NCBI RefSeq assembly: GCF_017940685.1
Contig: NZ_JAGAYD010000015.1
Span: 3,785-67,784, forward strand
Source: Butyrivibrio sp.
GTDB taxonomy: Bacteria > Bacillota > Clostridia > Lachnospirales > Lachnospiraceae
Direction of reading: 5' to 3'
DNA: 64,000 nucleotides
Shown: positions 46,136-56,166 of the stretch, piece after piece
How positions within the stretch are numbered: position 1 is the first letter of the stretch
Layout: each line of letters begins with the position of its first letter
The notes under the pieces: model-generated
What the model was told of the DNA's origin: nothing
What the model saw: the letters and a program-made list of their open reading frames with translations, nothing else
Database searches by the model: none
Program-made: the position numbers and the translations under genes

Positions 46136-46420
46136 ATGAGTAAGATCAACAGTAACGTGGATGTCATATGCCAGCATAATGCAGATGGAACCATTATGCC
46201 CATGCGATTCAGACTGATGAATGAAGATGGGATTTATGAGACATATACGATAAAAGGATACAGGCAGATTCTAAGAAAGGATGTTTATACTACACCGGAT
46301 GGAGTATTAACTGACCGGCGTGAGGATGTTTTTGAATGTAGAGTTCTGGTGCTGGATGTGTACCACACAGTCAGGCTGTATTTTAACAAAATTACCTGTA
46401 AATGGAGAGTTGCTATTTGA
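46136..46420 (+). CDS. Small SOS-boxed protein (copy 1)
   Basis: 94 aa from ATG 46136; resembles small clostridial proteins found beside Y-family polymerases (recalled). Confidence 0.75.
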   Translation: MSKINSNVDVICQHNADGTIMPMRFRLMNEDGIYETYTIKGYRQILRKDVYTTPDGVLTDRREDVFECRVLVLDVYHTVRLYFNKITCKWRVAI

Positions 46421-46572
46421 GGGTTCAAGTCCCGTACGTTCCATCATTTAAAATAGATACTTTAATATGAAAGACTAACCAAGTAGTTTCATAAGCTACA
46501 AGGAGGGATTTTGAGGATTTTTGTATTTATGATGTAGCTGGTTAAGAATGATATGGATTTTAAGAATGGTAA

Positions 46573-46605
46573 GGGCTCTAAAGCATGACGCTTTGGGGCT
46601 CTTTT
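46573..46605 (+). terminator. Terminator, duplicated at 47240-47272
   Basis: gggctctaaagc/gctttggggctc stem plus tttt. Confidence 0.7.
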
Positions 46606-46806
46606 ATTGTGCGCAAAAAGAACTGATTTGCGAGCCGTATGTTTACTGGTGTTATGAAGGTTAAATATTTATTTGGACTGCGAACGCAGATGTGTAGCAG
46701 GATTACGTTGTGGCGAATGTTGGACACATAAAGATTTAGGATTAAGCTATCAAACACAGAGGAAAACAGAGGAAAAGCAAAGGAAACAAAGGAGGTGCTG
46801 TAAAAC

Positions 46807-46920
46807 ATGATGTTTATGATGATTATATTTTCGCCAGTACTGTTTGTGCTATGGTGCGTTGTAAAAACTATAGATATAATGGTCCGTTTTATTAGCTTTA
46901 GCAGATATTTTGTAAGCTGA
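46807..46920 (+). CDS. Small hydrophobic peptide (37 aa)
   Basis: MMFMMIIFSPVLFVLWCVVKTIDIMVRFISFSRYFVS; SD ggagg 46791-95. Confidence 0.4.
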   Translation: MMFMMIIFSPVLFVLWCVVKTIDIMVRFISFSRYFVS

Positions 46921-47020
46921 ACTTGGTCACTTATTATCATTTTTTTGCCACAATTTCTTTTCCCCCGTATAAAGAATTGTAAACAAAAACAACAGATAAT
47001 TCTGAAGGGAGATAAATATT

Positions 47021-47209
47021 ATGGCAAAGTTAATCGCAAAGGTATTCATTATCATGACATTGGTATTCGAGGGAATCGTAATCCTTGGGATGAGCACATT
47101 CATTCCTGTATTCGCAACAATCTGCACAGTAGCAGCAATAGCAGCAGTTATCTACCAGATGATCAAGAGAGTTGGTACACCAGTTTCTAATAAGGCTGTA
47201 GCTGCTTGA
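47021..47209 (+). CDS. Small membrane protein (62 aa)
   Basis: Two hydrophobic stretches; RBS gggag; promoter ttgcca-N17-tataaa upstream and terminator downstream. Confidence 0.65.
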   Translation: MAKLIAKVFIIMTLVFEGIVILGMSTFIPVFATICTVAAIAAVIYQMIKRVGTPVSNKAVAA

Positions 47210-47239
47210 AATACTTGAACTTATTCCATATCGCTAAAA

Positions 47240-47272
47240 GGGCTCTGAAGCTAAATGCTTTGGGGCTTTTTT
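47240..47272 (+). terminator. Terminator, duplicated at 46573-46605
   Basis: gggctctgaagc/gctttggggctt stem plus T-tract. Confidence 0.75.
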
Positions 47273-47352
47273 AATTAGAATGGTGTAAACTGATATTTAG
47301 AAACAAAGCTTCTCAAGGATATCGACAGGATCATTCCAAAGAAGGAGGCTAT

Positions 47353-48942
47353 ATGAGAACTAACATTCCTACTATCATATTGCTTGCGTTGACGTGTTTA
47401 GTTACTGGATGCGGGGCGCAAAACGATAATGCAGCAGTGAGTGCATCAGTACCAGAAACTATTGAAACAGATAATGCTCAGTCTAATGAAGAAACAACTG
47501 AAATTGGTTTTACAGAGGATAATCTTCCAGAGCTTTATGAAAGAAGGAAGTTCGTAGGCAGTGCTGTGAATTTTACCGGAGATTGGACAAGGACCTCTGT
47601 ACATTCTTCTCTCAGCGCGGATATCTCAGTAAAAGATCAGAACGAGGAAGGCTTTGACTTTACTGGTGAGTTTTACTATTACTCACATATGGGCGATGCA
47701 GCTGGGAGAGCATATTTTATTTCAGATAACCAGGCGATATATAGACAGTTTGATAATGATGATATCGACGGTGAACCTGCTTACATTGGGTTTTCTTTAG
47801 ACGACAACGGACTTCATGTAATAGCAAATGGATTTGTAGAAGGCATGGGAATGAATGTCTCTGTAACAGGGGACTATATCCAGGATGAACCATATTATAC
47901 CAACGGGAACGTGCTTGCAGAAAACTTTTCAGAGTATGACCTGGAGCAGTTAAAAGAGCTTCTCAGGGAAGAAACATATAAAGAGCTGTTTCTAAATAAT
48001 ACGACAATAGGGGATGTATCTTCTGAGGCTGCGAAGCTTTTAGACGGGACAATTGCAAGGCATATAGAGTGCATTGTTCCGACAATGGGAGATGGATATG
48101 ATCTTCTTATCACTGAGGACGGAAGATACTATTTCTACCACGCAAACACAGACCTTTTTGCAACAAATGACTCAGATTATACAGACTGGAAAATACCGGA
48201 ATATACTGTGGCAACAGATGAGGCAGAGTACGATGATGATAGATCTCCGTTCCTGCTCTGGGAGTTCGAGGGATATGTTGATGAGTGCAATGGATACTAC
48301 TGGCAGGATGACTTTAAGAACTGCGACTATGATGGTGATGGGAAAACAGACAGACTAAAGCGCCAGTGGAATGGTGAAGAGCAGATTGCTGTTTATACTG
48401 TAGAGTTTGGCAACGGAGATCTGCTTACAGTTCCAAAAGGATGGGAGACAGGATTTCCTCATGTTCAGGGCGGTGATCTTGATAGAGACGGACAAAAAGA
48501 GATCCTTTTTACCCTTTCCTACGATACAAGCACAGATCCGTTATCCTTCGGCGACCTGTGGCTCTTTGATAAAGATGCTTCCGGAAGATACAGCGAGGTG
48601 GAGCTTCCGCTTGCCAGCGGTGAAAATGGTGCAAAAGGATTTACCATAGAATATGAAGAGCCTGAGGATCTTATGATCCGATATTCGATAAAAGAAGCAG
48701 GGCTATCCAGAAGCGAAGAGGTTAATGATGACTATATAAACTACTGGTGGACAGAAGAAAAGACCAGTTCACTTAGGAGTGTATACTGGGCAGAGATCAG
48801 GGAGGGGAAGTACCCTGCCATCAGATGCTATGTAGAGCCGCTTCCAAGAGGTGGTGCCAGTCTTGGGTTTGATCTTTCATATAGGGATGGAAAGTATGAG
48901 ATTGGTTACGTTGAGCTGGATGCACCTGATGGACCGTTTTAA
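47353..48942 (+). CDS. Acidic lipoprotein with FG-GAP/EF-like DxDGDG loops
   Basis: Lipobox VTG-C; DYDGDGKTD, DLDRDGQKE. Confidence 0.8.
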   Translation: MRTNIPTIILLALTCLVTGCGAQNDNAAVSASVPETIETDNAQSNEETTEIGFTEDNLPELYERRKFVGSAVNFTGDWTRTSVHSSLSADISVKDQNEEGFDFTGEFYYYSHMGDAAGRAYFISDNQAIYRQFDNDDIDGEPAYIGFSLDDNGLHVIANGFVEGMGMNVSVTGDYIQDEPYYTNGNVLAENFSEYDLEQLKELLREETYKELFLNNTTIGDVSSEAAKLLDGTIARHIECIVPTMGDGYDLLITEDGRYYFYHANTDLFATNDSDYTDWKIPEYTVATDEAEYDDDRSPFLLWEFEGYVDECNGYYWQDDFKNCDYDGDGKTDRLKRQWNGEEQIAVYTVEFGNGDLLTVPKGWETGFPHVQGGDLDRDGQKEILFTLSYDTSTDPLSFGDLWLFDKDASGRYSEVELPLASGENGAKGFTIEYEEPEDLMIRYSIKEAGLSRSEEVNDDYINYWWTEEKTSSLRSVYWAEIREGKYPAIRCYVEPLPRGGASLGFDLSYRDGKYEIGYVELDAPDGPF

Positions 48943-49073
48943 AAACCAGATAGCAAGGGGTATCAATATGAATTACGTTTCTGGCAAGAGTTACTTCCAG
49001 CCCTCTGGAATTTACTCTTGCATACTGCAATTAACCATGTTAACTGAGGGATAAAATCTCTATTTACAATACA

Positions 49074-49085
49074 GAACATGTGTTC
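49074..49085. promoter_or_regulatory. LexA (SOS) box
   Basis: gaac-atgt-gttc. Confidence 0.75.
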
Positions 49086-49111
49086 TATCATTGTATTTAG
49101 AGGAAATTGTA

Positions 49112-49396
49112 ATGAGTAAGATTAACAGTAACGTGGATGTAATATGCCAGCATAATGCTGACGGAACCATCGTGCCCATGAGATTCAGACTGATGAATGA
49201 AGATGGGATTTATGAGACATATACGATAAAAGGATACAGACAGATTCTAAGAAAGGATGTTTATACTACACCGGATGGAGTATTAACTGACCGGCGTGAG
49301 GATGTTTTTGAATGTAGAGTTTTGGTGCTGGATGTGTACCACACAGTCAGGCTGTATTTTAACAAAATTACCTGTAAATGGAGAGTTGCTATTTGA
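49112..49396 (+). CDS. Small SOS-boxed protein (copy 2)
   Basis: 94 aa; differs from copy 1 by one residue (TIVP vs TIMP). Confidence 0.75.
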   Translation: MSKINSNVDVICQHNADGTIVPMRFRLMNEDGIYETYTIKGYRQILRKDVYTTPDGVLTDRREDVFECRVLVLDVYHTVRLYFNKITCKWRVAI

Positions 49397-49418
49397 TTGG
49401 AATAGGTTACTCTTCAAC

Positions 49419-49454
49419 CTCCCGACACTCCATAAGGTGCCGGGAGATTTTTTT
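49419..49454 (+). terminator. Terminator homologous to the hsp20 terminator
   Basis: ctcccgacact/ggtgccgggag stem plus T-tract. Confidence 0.75.
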
Positions 49455-49519
49455 GTTATAATTTAAGAGGTTTAAAGCAAATGAAATTAAAAACTCTTTG
49501 ATATTGTGGGGAAAGGTTA

Positions 49520-50410
49520 GTGACACTTAAGGAAGCATACAAGATACTTGGCGCATCTAAAGAGAATACCGACAGGGAGATCAAGGCAAAGTACAAGAAG
49601 CTCCTCGTCATGTATCACCCGGACTCTGATCCCACCAGGAAAAGAGATCCAGAAGATGATGAAAAGATCCGCCAGGTCATCGAGGCCTACAGGAAAATCA
49701 GGGAATTTGAGGGTGAGCCGTACTTTGAGCCTTATGAGTTTACCTGGGATGCCCTTGAGAACAAAAGAGCTTTTTCAGAGCGTAACATCTTCTTTCAGTT
49801 CAAGATCTACGATGAAGCGCTGCCGCCATCCAAGATGGCAAGAGGCAGATTTGTCTGGGATCCCGACATGGAGGAGTTTCCTCTTTTTGCAAAGAGCGTT
49901 CTCGAGGCTTGCAAGGAAGTGATGACTGACCATGACTTCACTCCTGCGCCTGATAAGGTAAAAGACATTTTCCATCTAATGATGCAGGAATATGTCCTCC
50001 CGGCAGACGCCGCCAGAAAGATTGGCAAGATGATCCGCGAAGATGGCGACAGAGAAGTATATTCATTTAGCGGCTTCATCAAGGATGAACCAGGCACCAG
50101 ACGTGAATCCAAGATAAACTGCGGAGAGCCACTAAACATATATTTGCGTGAAGACAGGGCTGTTGTTGAAGAGATTGTCACAGGCAGGATTTTGGGCAGT
50201 ATCTCTTTTGACGAAGATGAGTTGTACTACGTAGTGCTTCCACTTCTGGAAGACCCAAAGGTGGATGCACTTGCGACCATAACTAAGGTGGATAGGAGTC
50301 GCAGGAATAAAGAACGTATCAGTGTTGCAATTGAGCTGACAATACCAAAAGACTTGATGGATACCCCAGTATTAAATGGGCAGTTGATAAAAGAGCTGTT
50401 GATGAAGTAA
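49520..50410 (+). CDS. DnaJ (J-domain) protein
   Basis: AYKILG...YHPD J-domain; GTG start. Confidence 0.85.
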   Translation: MTLKEAYKILGASKENTDREIKAKYKKLLVMYHPDSDPTRKRDPEDDEKIRQVIEAYRKIREFEGEPYFEPYEFTWDALENKRAFSERNIFFQFKIYDEALPPSKMARGRFVWDPDMEEFPLFAKSVLEACKEVMTDHDFTPAPDKVKDIFHLMMQEYVLPADAARKIGKMIREDGDREVYSFSGFIKDEPGTRRESKINCGEPLNIYLREDRAVVEEIVTGRILGSISFDEDELYYVVLPLLEDPKVDALATITKVDRSRRNKERISVAIELTIPKDLMDTPVLNGQLIKELLMK

Positions 50411-50470
50411 ATCACATTTCATCAGCAGCTTCCTTTTTACCACTGTCCATAATGGCGCAAGCAGGTTACG

Positions 50471-50559
50471 TCATATAGCTGCCTGACAATTTCCTTATGG
50501 GTGATTTTTTAATACTTATTTAAGACCGTGGAATAACGAAATATTGTAGAATAAAAGAG
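50471..50559 (+). repeat. Deleted copy of the GT2 5' end/divergent promoter region at 61327-61560
   Basis: 21-bp identity 50471-91 = 61327-47; ~64-bp near identity 50496-559 vs 61496-560. Confidence 0.85.
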
Positions 50560-50583
50560 ACTTTAAACATCAGGAGAAACCAT

Positions 50584-52506
50584 ATGAAAAAGAGATTGTT
50601 TTCAGTACTTTTAGCCATAATACTAGTGGTTGCGCCATTCTCAGTCGGGGCAAAAAATGAATCTAAGACCGACAGAATTTTGAGAAGTATGACAATGCGC
50701 GAAAAGGTAGAGCAGATGATGCTTGTCTCGTATCGCGTGTGGGAAGAAACTCCAGAGTCAGGTAAGGGTTCTGATGAGGCCTCGCTTGCAAATGTAACTG
50801 AGTTAAATGATACAATAAGAGCTGACCTGATGGGGCACGATTATGGCGGAGTCCTTCTTTTTGGAGAAAACTTTGTGGATGCCAGGCAGACGCTGCGCCT
50901 TGTGTCTGATATTCAGGACACGAACCTGAAAGGTGGCGGTCTTCCTTTGCTGGTGACTGTTGACCAAGAGGGCGGTAGTGTCGCCAGAATAAGCTTTGGT
51001 ACATCAGGTGTTGGAAACATGGCTCTTGCTGCAACAGGTGATCCTTCCGATACGACGCAAATGGCAGAAATATATGGAAAAGAGATGAGCTTGCTTGGGC
51101 TAAACACAGATTTTGCGCCTGTTGTGGATGTTAATAACAATCCCAATAACCCTATCATAGGATGCCGCTCTTTTTCTGATTCACCGAAGGTGGTGGCAGA
51201 GTATGGCGTTTCATATATAGAAGGGCTGCATGAAACCGGCACTATTGCTACATTAAAGCATTTTCCAGGACATGGTAATACCGATACTGATTCTCATACA
51301 GGTTTTCCGCTGATTGAGAGCACCTATGAAGAACTGAAGAATTGTGAGCTTATACCATTCCGTGAGGCTATTGATGCAGGCGCCGACATGGTTATGACAG
51401 CGCATATTCAGTACCCCAAGATAGAGACAGGAACATATACATCTGTTTCAACTGGCAAGCAGGTATATCTGCCTGCCACTATGAGCCACAAGATCCTTAC
51501 AGATATTCTCAGAAAAGACATGGGGTTTGAAGGCGTGATTGTGTCTGATGCCCTTGATATGGCTGCAATTACGGAAAATTTTGCAGATGAAGATGTTCTG
51601 AGTATGACAATTAATGCCGGTGTAAATCTTCTTATCCTTCCGCCTGTTTTTGATTCAAAAGGCTTTAAACACCTTGATGATATGGTGGAAACCGCTGTAC
51701 GGCTTGCGGAGGATGGAACTATTGATACACAGATGATTGATGATTCCGTCAGGAGAATTCTGACCCTCAAGGAAAAATATGGTCTTCTGGATATATCGGA
51801 CTTCTCCGTAACAGAAGAAAAACTTCTGGAAGCAGAAAAAGGCGTTGGAAGCAGCGCAAACAGGGATGTGGCCTGGAATATTGCAAACAAGTCCCTGACA
51901 GTTGTGAAAAATGAGAATAATGCTTTTCCGATAAGTCTTGGATCAAAAGAGAAAGCACTGATCCTTTTTGCTGACAACTGCGCAAGCAGGAGTGGAGCAG
52001 GAAAGCTTGCTGCCAGGGAACTTATTAAAAAAGGAATAATAGCAGATGAATCACAGATCATCGTGATAGATAATGCTGATGAAGACAGAGAGAAATGCAT
52101 AATTGCTGCCAAAGAAGCAGATCATTGCATCCTTGTGCAGAGAACCTACAATGCTGCATGCCTTAACCCCGGCACTGATGATGGCTCTTTTTCCGCTGTA
52201 TTTGATGAGATCATCGCTTCCAGGCATGAAAATGGGAAGAAAGTAGTAGTGGTAAGCTGCAGTCTGCCATATGATGCAGCACGGTTCATGGATGCTGACG
52301 CTTGTGTCTTGAGCTATAACTCAACAACAATGCGTGAAATCCCAAATGAATCAGGTAAAGGAAGCGCATATGCGCCAAACCTTGTGGCTGCACTGGTATC
52401 GTGCTTTGGAAATGAGGAAAGAACAGGCATTTTGCCGGTAAATATTCCGGAGATAGACAAAGATTATAAGATGACAGAGAAGATTTTGTATAAAAGAGGA
52501 TATTAA
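50584..52506 (+). CDS. nagZ: Secreted GH3 beta-N-acetylglucosaminidase (NagZ-like)
   Basis: Signal peptide; DQEGG; KHFPGHGNTDTDSH NagZ motif; VSDAL. Confidence 0.85.
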   Translation: MKKRLFSVLLAIILVVAPFSVGAKNESKTDRILRSMTMREKVEQMMLVSYRVWEETPESGKGSDEASLANVTELNDTIRADLMGHDYGGVLLFGENFVDARQTLRLVSDIQDTNLKGGGLPLLVTVDQEGGSVARISFGTSGVGNMALAATGDPSDTTQMAEIYGKEMSLLGLNTDFAPVVDVNNNPNNPIIGCRSFSDSPKVVAEYGVSYIEGLHETGTIATLKHFPGHGNTDTDSHTGFPLIESTYEELKNCELIPFREAIDAGADMVMTAHIQYPKIETGTYTSVSTGKQVYLPATMSHKILTDILRKDMGFEGVIVSDALDMAAITENFADEDVLSMTINAGVNLLILPPVFDSKGFKHLDDMVETAVRLAEDGTIDTQMIDDSVRRILTLKEKYGLLDISDFSVTEEKLLEAEKGVGSSANRDVAWNIANKSLTVVKNENNAFPISLGSKEKALILFADNCASRSGAGKLAARELIKKGIIADESQIIVIDNADEDREKCIIAAKEADHCILVQRTYNAACLNPGTDDGSFSAVFDEIIASRHENGKKVVVVSCSLPYDAARFMDADACVLSYNSTTMREIPNESGKGSAYAPNLVAALVSCFGNEERTGILPVNIPEIDKDYKMTEKILYKRGY

Positions 52507-52545
52507 GAAAAAGCTCTTTTATAAGCAATAGAGGAGGCTCAATAG

Positions 52546-54039
52546 ATGAAAAAAAGATGCATGGCCCTGATCCTTTTAGTAATTGTTATGATCTGTGGAT
52601 GCTCAAATGCAGGGAATAATGGGGAAGGCTTATCAAGTGAAGGAACGGAGGCTTTAGATACACCAATTGAACTGGTATGGTGGACTTACTCTCCGGATGG
52701 AACTGCTCCTGATGATGCAGAAGAGGTACTCCAAAGAGCAAATGAAATCTCTAAAGAGAAAATAGGCGTCACTGTAAAGATGATATACAAGTCAGAGGAA
52801 CAGTTTGATTTAGATCTCCAGACAGGAGAGTACTATGACATGACTTTCAGCTGTGACTGGTGCAATGATTTTGACGCTAATGCCGGTAATGGCTACTATT
52901 ACGATATTACTGAACTTGTTGAAAAGACTGCGCCAAAGTTGTATAAAGCGGTGGATCCATGGTGGGAGATCGGTTCCCTTCATGGAAAGATATATGGAGT
53001 TCCGATGCTTAAAGATCTTGGAGCAGAAGTCTTTTTTCGCATGAACAGCGACTATTTTGAAACAGAAAAGGGCCTTACTCTGCCGGAAGAGATGGCCTTT
53101 GCAGACCTTGAGCCATATCTTGAGATGTGGAAAGAGGATCACCCGGATGATTATCCTTTTTTCATTCCTAGTGTAGGGCTGTCAGGCGCTTTCCAGGTAC
53201 ATGAAAGAATAGTATCAAAGTATCTTGTAATACCTTATAGTAAGGCTGGGACACCTGACGGAACAAAGATCATTCCTGTATTTGATGATGAGGAATACAT
53301 GGGAATGCTGCGGCTTTTGCACAAGTGGTATGGGCTTTCTTATATCAACCCGGATGCTGCCACTACTACGGAGGTTCCCAAATCAATAAAGACGCCGGTC
53401 CGAACTGGAACAGCGTGGACAGGATTTATGGGGTGGTCTGACCCCGAGGCTTATGGCTTCAATGTTAAGCTTGTTCGCTTTATCGGCCCCAACATGTCCA
53501 GATCCACCCAGCAGGGTTCTCTTATCGCGATAAACGCAGCTGCTTCTCATGAAAAAGCTCAGGCGTGCCTTAAATATATGGAGCTTTTGTATACAGACAA
53601 AGAACTGCGGGATACTCTCGCCTACGGAATTGAAGGAAAACATTTCGAATATTATGAAGACACGGTAATCCGTACTGTGGAAGGCAATGAACACTATATG
53701 CAGGACGCCTTTGTTACAGGCCCTGCAGTAAGTGCATCAGTGGTTTCAGCAGATAAAGATAATCCGGCTGATCCGGATCAGTGGAAGAAAGTATATGATG
53801 GCTACAAGAGTGCAAGGATCAGTGATACAAGGGGATTTTCCTTTGATCCAACAAATGTAGAAGCAGAAATAGCGGCTCTTGATGCTATATGGAACAGTTA
53901 CAGTGCAGAACTTGTGACAGGCACTTCAGATACAGATGAAGCGGCAAAAGAGATACTTAAGCAGATGGAGGCTGCCGGACTTGATAAGGTCAGGGAAGAA
54001 GCACAGAGACAGCTTGACGAGTATTTAAGTCAGTTTTGA
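52546..54039 (+). CDS. Sugar ABC substrate-binding lipoprotein (DUF3502 C-terminus)
   Basis: Lipobox ICG-C; YGVP; AAGLDKVREEAQRQLDEY tail. Confidence 0.85.
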   Translation: MKKRCMALILLVIVMICGCSNAGNNGEGLSSEGTEALDTPIELVWWTYSPDGTAPDDAEEVLQRANEISKEKIGVTVKMIYKSEEQFDLDLQTGEYYDMTFSCDWCNDFDANAGNGYYYDITELVEKTAPKLYKAVDPWWEIGSLHGKIYGVPMLKDLGAEVFFRMNSDYFETEKGLTLPEEMAFADLEPYLEMWKEDHPDDYPFFIPSVGLSGAFQVHERIVSKYLVIPYSKAGTPDGTKIIPVFDDEEYMGMLRLLHKWYGLSYINPDAATTTEVPKSIKTPVRTGTAWTGFMGWSDPEAYGFNVKLVRFIGPNMSRSTQQGSLIAINAAASHEKAQACLKYMELLYTDKELRDTLAYGIEGKHFEYYEDTVIRTVEGNEHYMQDAFVTGPAVSASVVSADKDNPADPDQWKKVYDGYKSARISDTRGFSFDPTNVEAEIAALDAIWNSYSAELVTGTSDTDEAAKEILKQMEAAGLDKVREEAQRQLDEYLSQF

Positions 54040-54045
54040 TGAGCT

Positions 54046-56166
54046 ATGAAAAATAAATGGTCACTGGATAATAATTCAATAAGCACTCTTTTGAAGGAAG
54101 CTCTTTTAGAACTGGAAAGAGCAGGCATAATGAAGGATGACTGTCTGCGCTTTGAGCTTACGCTGGAAGAAATCCTTCTGGATTATCAAAAGGTGTTTTC
54201 GAAAGACGCTGCTGTAGCAGTTAAACTGCAAAAGAAAGCGGACTTTCTATATGTGCAGATAACTCTTGAAGGAGAAGAGTATGATCCATTACAGGAGACG
54301 GCATCTCTCGTTCTTATTAAGACTGTCCATAAATGGGATTCTGCACCTTCTTATGAGTATCAGAATGCGAAAAAAGAAATCGGAAGAAATGTACTGACTT
54401 ATAAGTTTAAGGTAAGAGGGTCACTGCGGGAAAATCTTATCTTTACCTGGAAATATACCAGGCAGAGCAAAGGTTACCTTGCCCTTGCCGTGGCGCTTCA
54501 GCTTATAAGTGTAGTTTTTATGATCATTGCACCGATCCTAAGCGCTAAGATCATCGTTCAGTTGACTGATATAGCGGTTTATCAGATGCTTTGGACAGCA
54601 CTTTCACTTTTTGCAGTTAACATTGCTTCTGCTGCGATAATGGCAGGCTGCAACTGGGCCTACAATGTAGTTTACAATAAAACACTGACCCTGCTTGAAG
54701 CAGAGATATCAGAAAATGTTTTGCAAATTGAGAATAAGGCAGTGGAAGAAAATGGAACAGGACTCTTTATTCAGAGGCTTACTGTTGATACTTCAAACCT
54801 GGCTACTGCTTTTAATACTCTGGCAGATAATATTTCGCAGATCTGCCAGTATGTGGGAATACTGGCAGCAATGTTTATTGTCAGCCCTTTGGTATTCATT
54901 GCGGTTGCGATATTACTGTCAGCACAGATTTTCATGGAACTTAGGCGCCAGAAAGTGTCCCGTGACAACGGGCGTATTTACAGAAATTATGCGGAAAAGT
55001 ACACCGGGATTGTTGGAGAGATGGTTCGCGGTGGTAAGGACATTAAACTGGTGAATGCACAGCAGCAGTTTGAAAATGACCTTAAGGAGCGGATCACGAA
55101 TGCAAATGACTCCAGGATGAAATGGGATGCAGACAACAGAAAGTACAGGCTTGTTATCGCATCTGTACGTGAGAGTGGAGCACTTATATTTGTGGCACTT
55201 TTAGGTGGTCTGCTCTTTAATGGCAGACTTAATGTTGCCACTGCACTTATTCTTTTCAATTATTATACAAGTCTTGGAATGCCTGCGATCACGCTTCTTG
55301 GAACTATCCTTGATTTTGTGACGCAGTTTAATCTTTCCAGCGAAAGACTTCGGGACATCATGGATGACAGGTTTTTCCCGAAGGAATCATTCGGAGAGGT
55401 TCACAAAGAGAATCTTAATGGTGAAATAGAATTTAAGAACGTTTGGTTTTCCTATAACGTAGGTAAATTGAAGACCTCTACCAGGTGGGTACTAAGCGAT
55501 CTGAGTTTTAAGATATCGCCCGGCGAAACTGTGGCACTGGTTGGCAGAAGCGGATCCGGAAAGACAACCATCATGAATCTTATAAGCAGGTTGTATGATC
55601 CTTTCTCAGGGACAATCACAATAGATGGGATTGACACAAAAGACCTTGACCGAGATTCCCTGCGTGGAAGTATGAGTGTTGTGACGCAATCACCATATAT
55701 TTTTCAGATGAGTATCCGTGAAAATCTGCGTATTGTTAAGCCAGATATGACCGAAGAGGAGATGAAGAAAGCAGCGACTCTTGCCTGCATTGACGAAGAG
55801 ATCGAAGCAAAGCCTGAAGGATACGATACTGTAGTTGGTGAAGGCGGGATAAGTCTGTCCGGAGGACAAAGGCAGCGTCTTGCGATTGCAAGAGCGCTCC
55901 TTAGAGATGCGCGGATTCTTCTATTGGATGAAGCAACAAGTGCCCTAGACAATGTGACACAGGACAGGATAAGGGAATCCCTTGACAGGATCAAGGGGCA
56001 GTGTACTGTCATAATCATTGCCCACAGGCTCTCGACAATTGTGAATGCAGACAGGATCCTTTATTTGCAGGATGGCAGGATAATTGCTGAGGGTAAACAC
56101 TCCGAGCTGATTGCAGGGTGCGCTGAATATAGAGAACTATATGAAAAAGAAGAGAAGCAGTCATAA
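54046..56166 (+). CDS. Fused TMD-NBD ABC exporter with an extra N-terminal ~125-aa domain
   Basis: GRSGSGKT, LSGGQRQR, LDEATSALD; TM block; N-terminal LTLEEILLD segment resembles HATPase/anti-sigma-like domains. Confidence 0.88.
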   Translation: MKNKWSLDNNSISTLLKEALLELERAGIMKDDCLRFELTLEEILLDYQKVFSKDAAVAVKLQKKADFLYVQITLEGEEYDPLQETASLVLIKTVHKWDSAPSYEYQNAKKEIGRNVLTYKFKVRGSLRENLIFTWKYTRQSKGYLALAVALQLISVVFMIIAPILSAKIIVQLTDIAVYQMLWTALSLFAVNIASAAIMAGCNWAYNVVYNKTLTLLEAEISENVLQIENKAVEENGTGLFIQRLTVDTSNLATAFNTLADNISQICQYVGILAAMFIVSPLVFIAVAILLSAQIFMELRRQKVSRDNGRIYRNYAEKYTGIVGEMVRGGKDIKLVNAQQQFENDLKERITNANDSRMKWDADNRKYRLVIASVRESGALIFVALLGGLLFNGRLNVATALILFNYYTSLGMPAITLLGTILDFVTQFNLSSERLRDIMDDRFFPKESFGEVHKENLNGEIEFKNVWFSYNVGKLKTSTRWVLSDLSFKISPGETVALVGRSGSGKTTIMNLISRLYDPFSGTITIDGIDTKDLDRDSLRGSMSVVTQSPYIFQMSIRENLRIVKPDMTEEEMKKAATLACIDEEIEAKPEGYDTVVGEGGISLSGGQRQRLAIARALLRDARILLLDEATSALDNVTQDRIRESLDRIKGQCTVIIIAHRLSTIVNADRILYLQDGRIIAEGKHSELIAGCAEYRELYEKEEKQS

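Larger units (their letters stand above)
46048..46420 (+). repeat. 373-bp direct repeat, copy 1
   Basis: Near-identical to 49024-49396 at a constant offset of 2976 bp. Confidence 0.95.
49024..49396 (+). repeat. 373-bp direct repeat, copy 2
   Basis: Near-identical to 46048-46420. Confidence 0.95.

Noticed and set aside
46578-46940. 120-aa minus-strand ORF and similar antisense ORFs across the window
   Set aside because: They overlap terminators or well-supported plus-strand genes, lack RBSs and motifs, and look like shadow ORFs.
46136-49396. DGR template/variable repeat pair
   Set aside because: Differences are not adenine-specific, are mostly synonymous, and both copies are intact genes with promoters.
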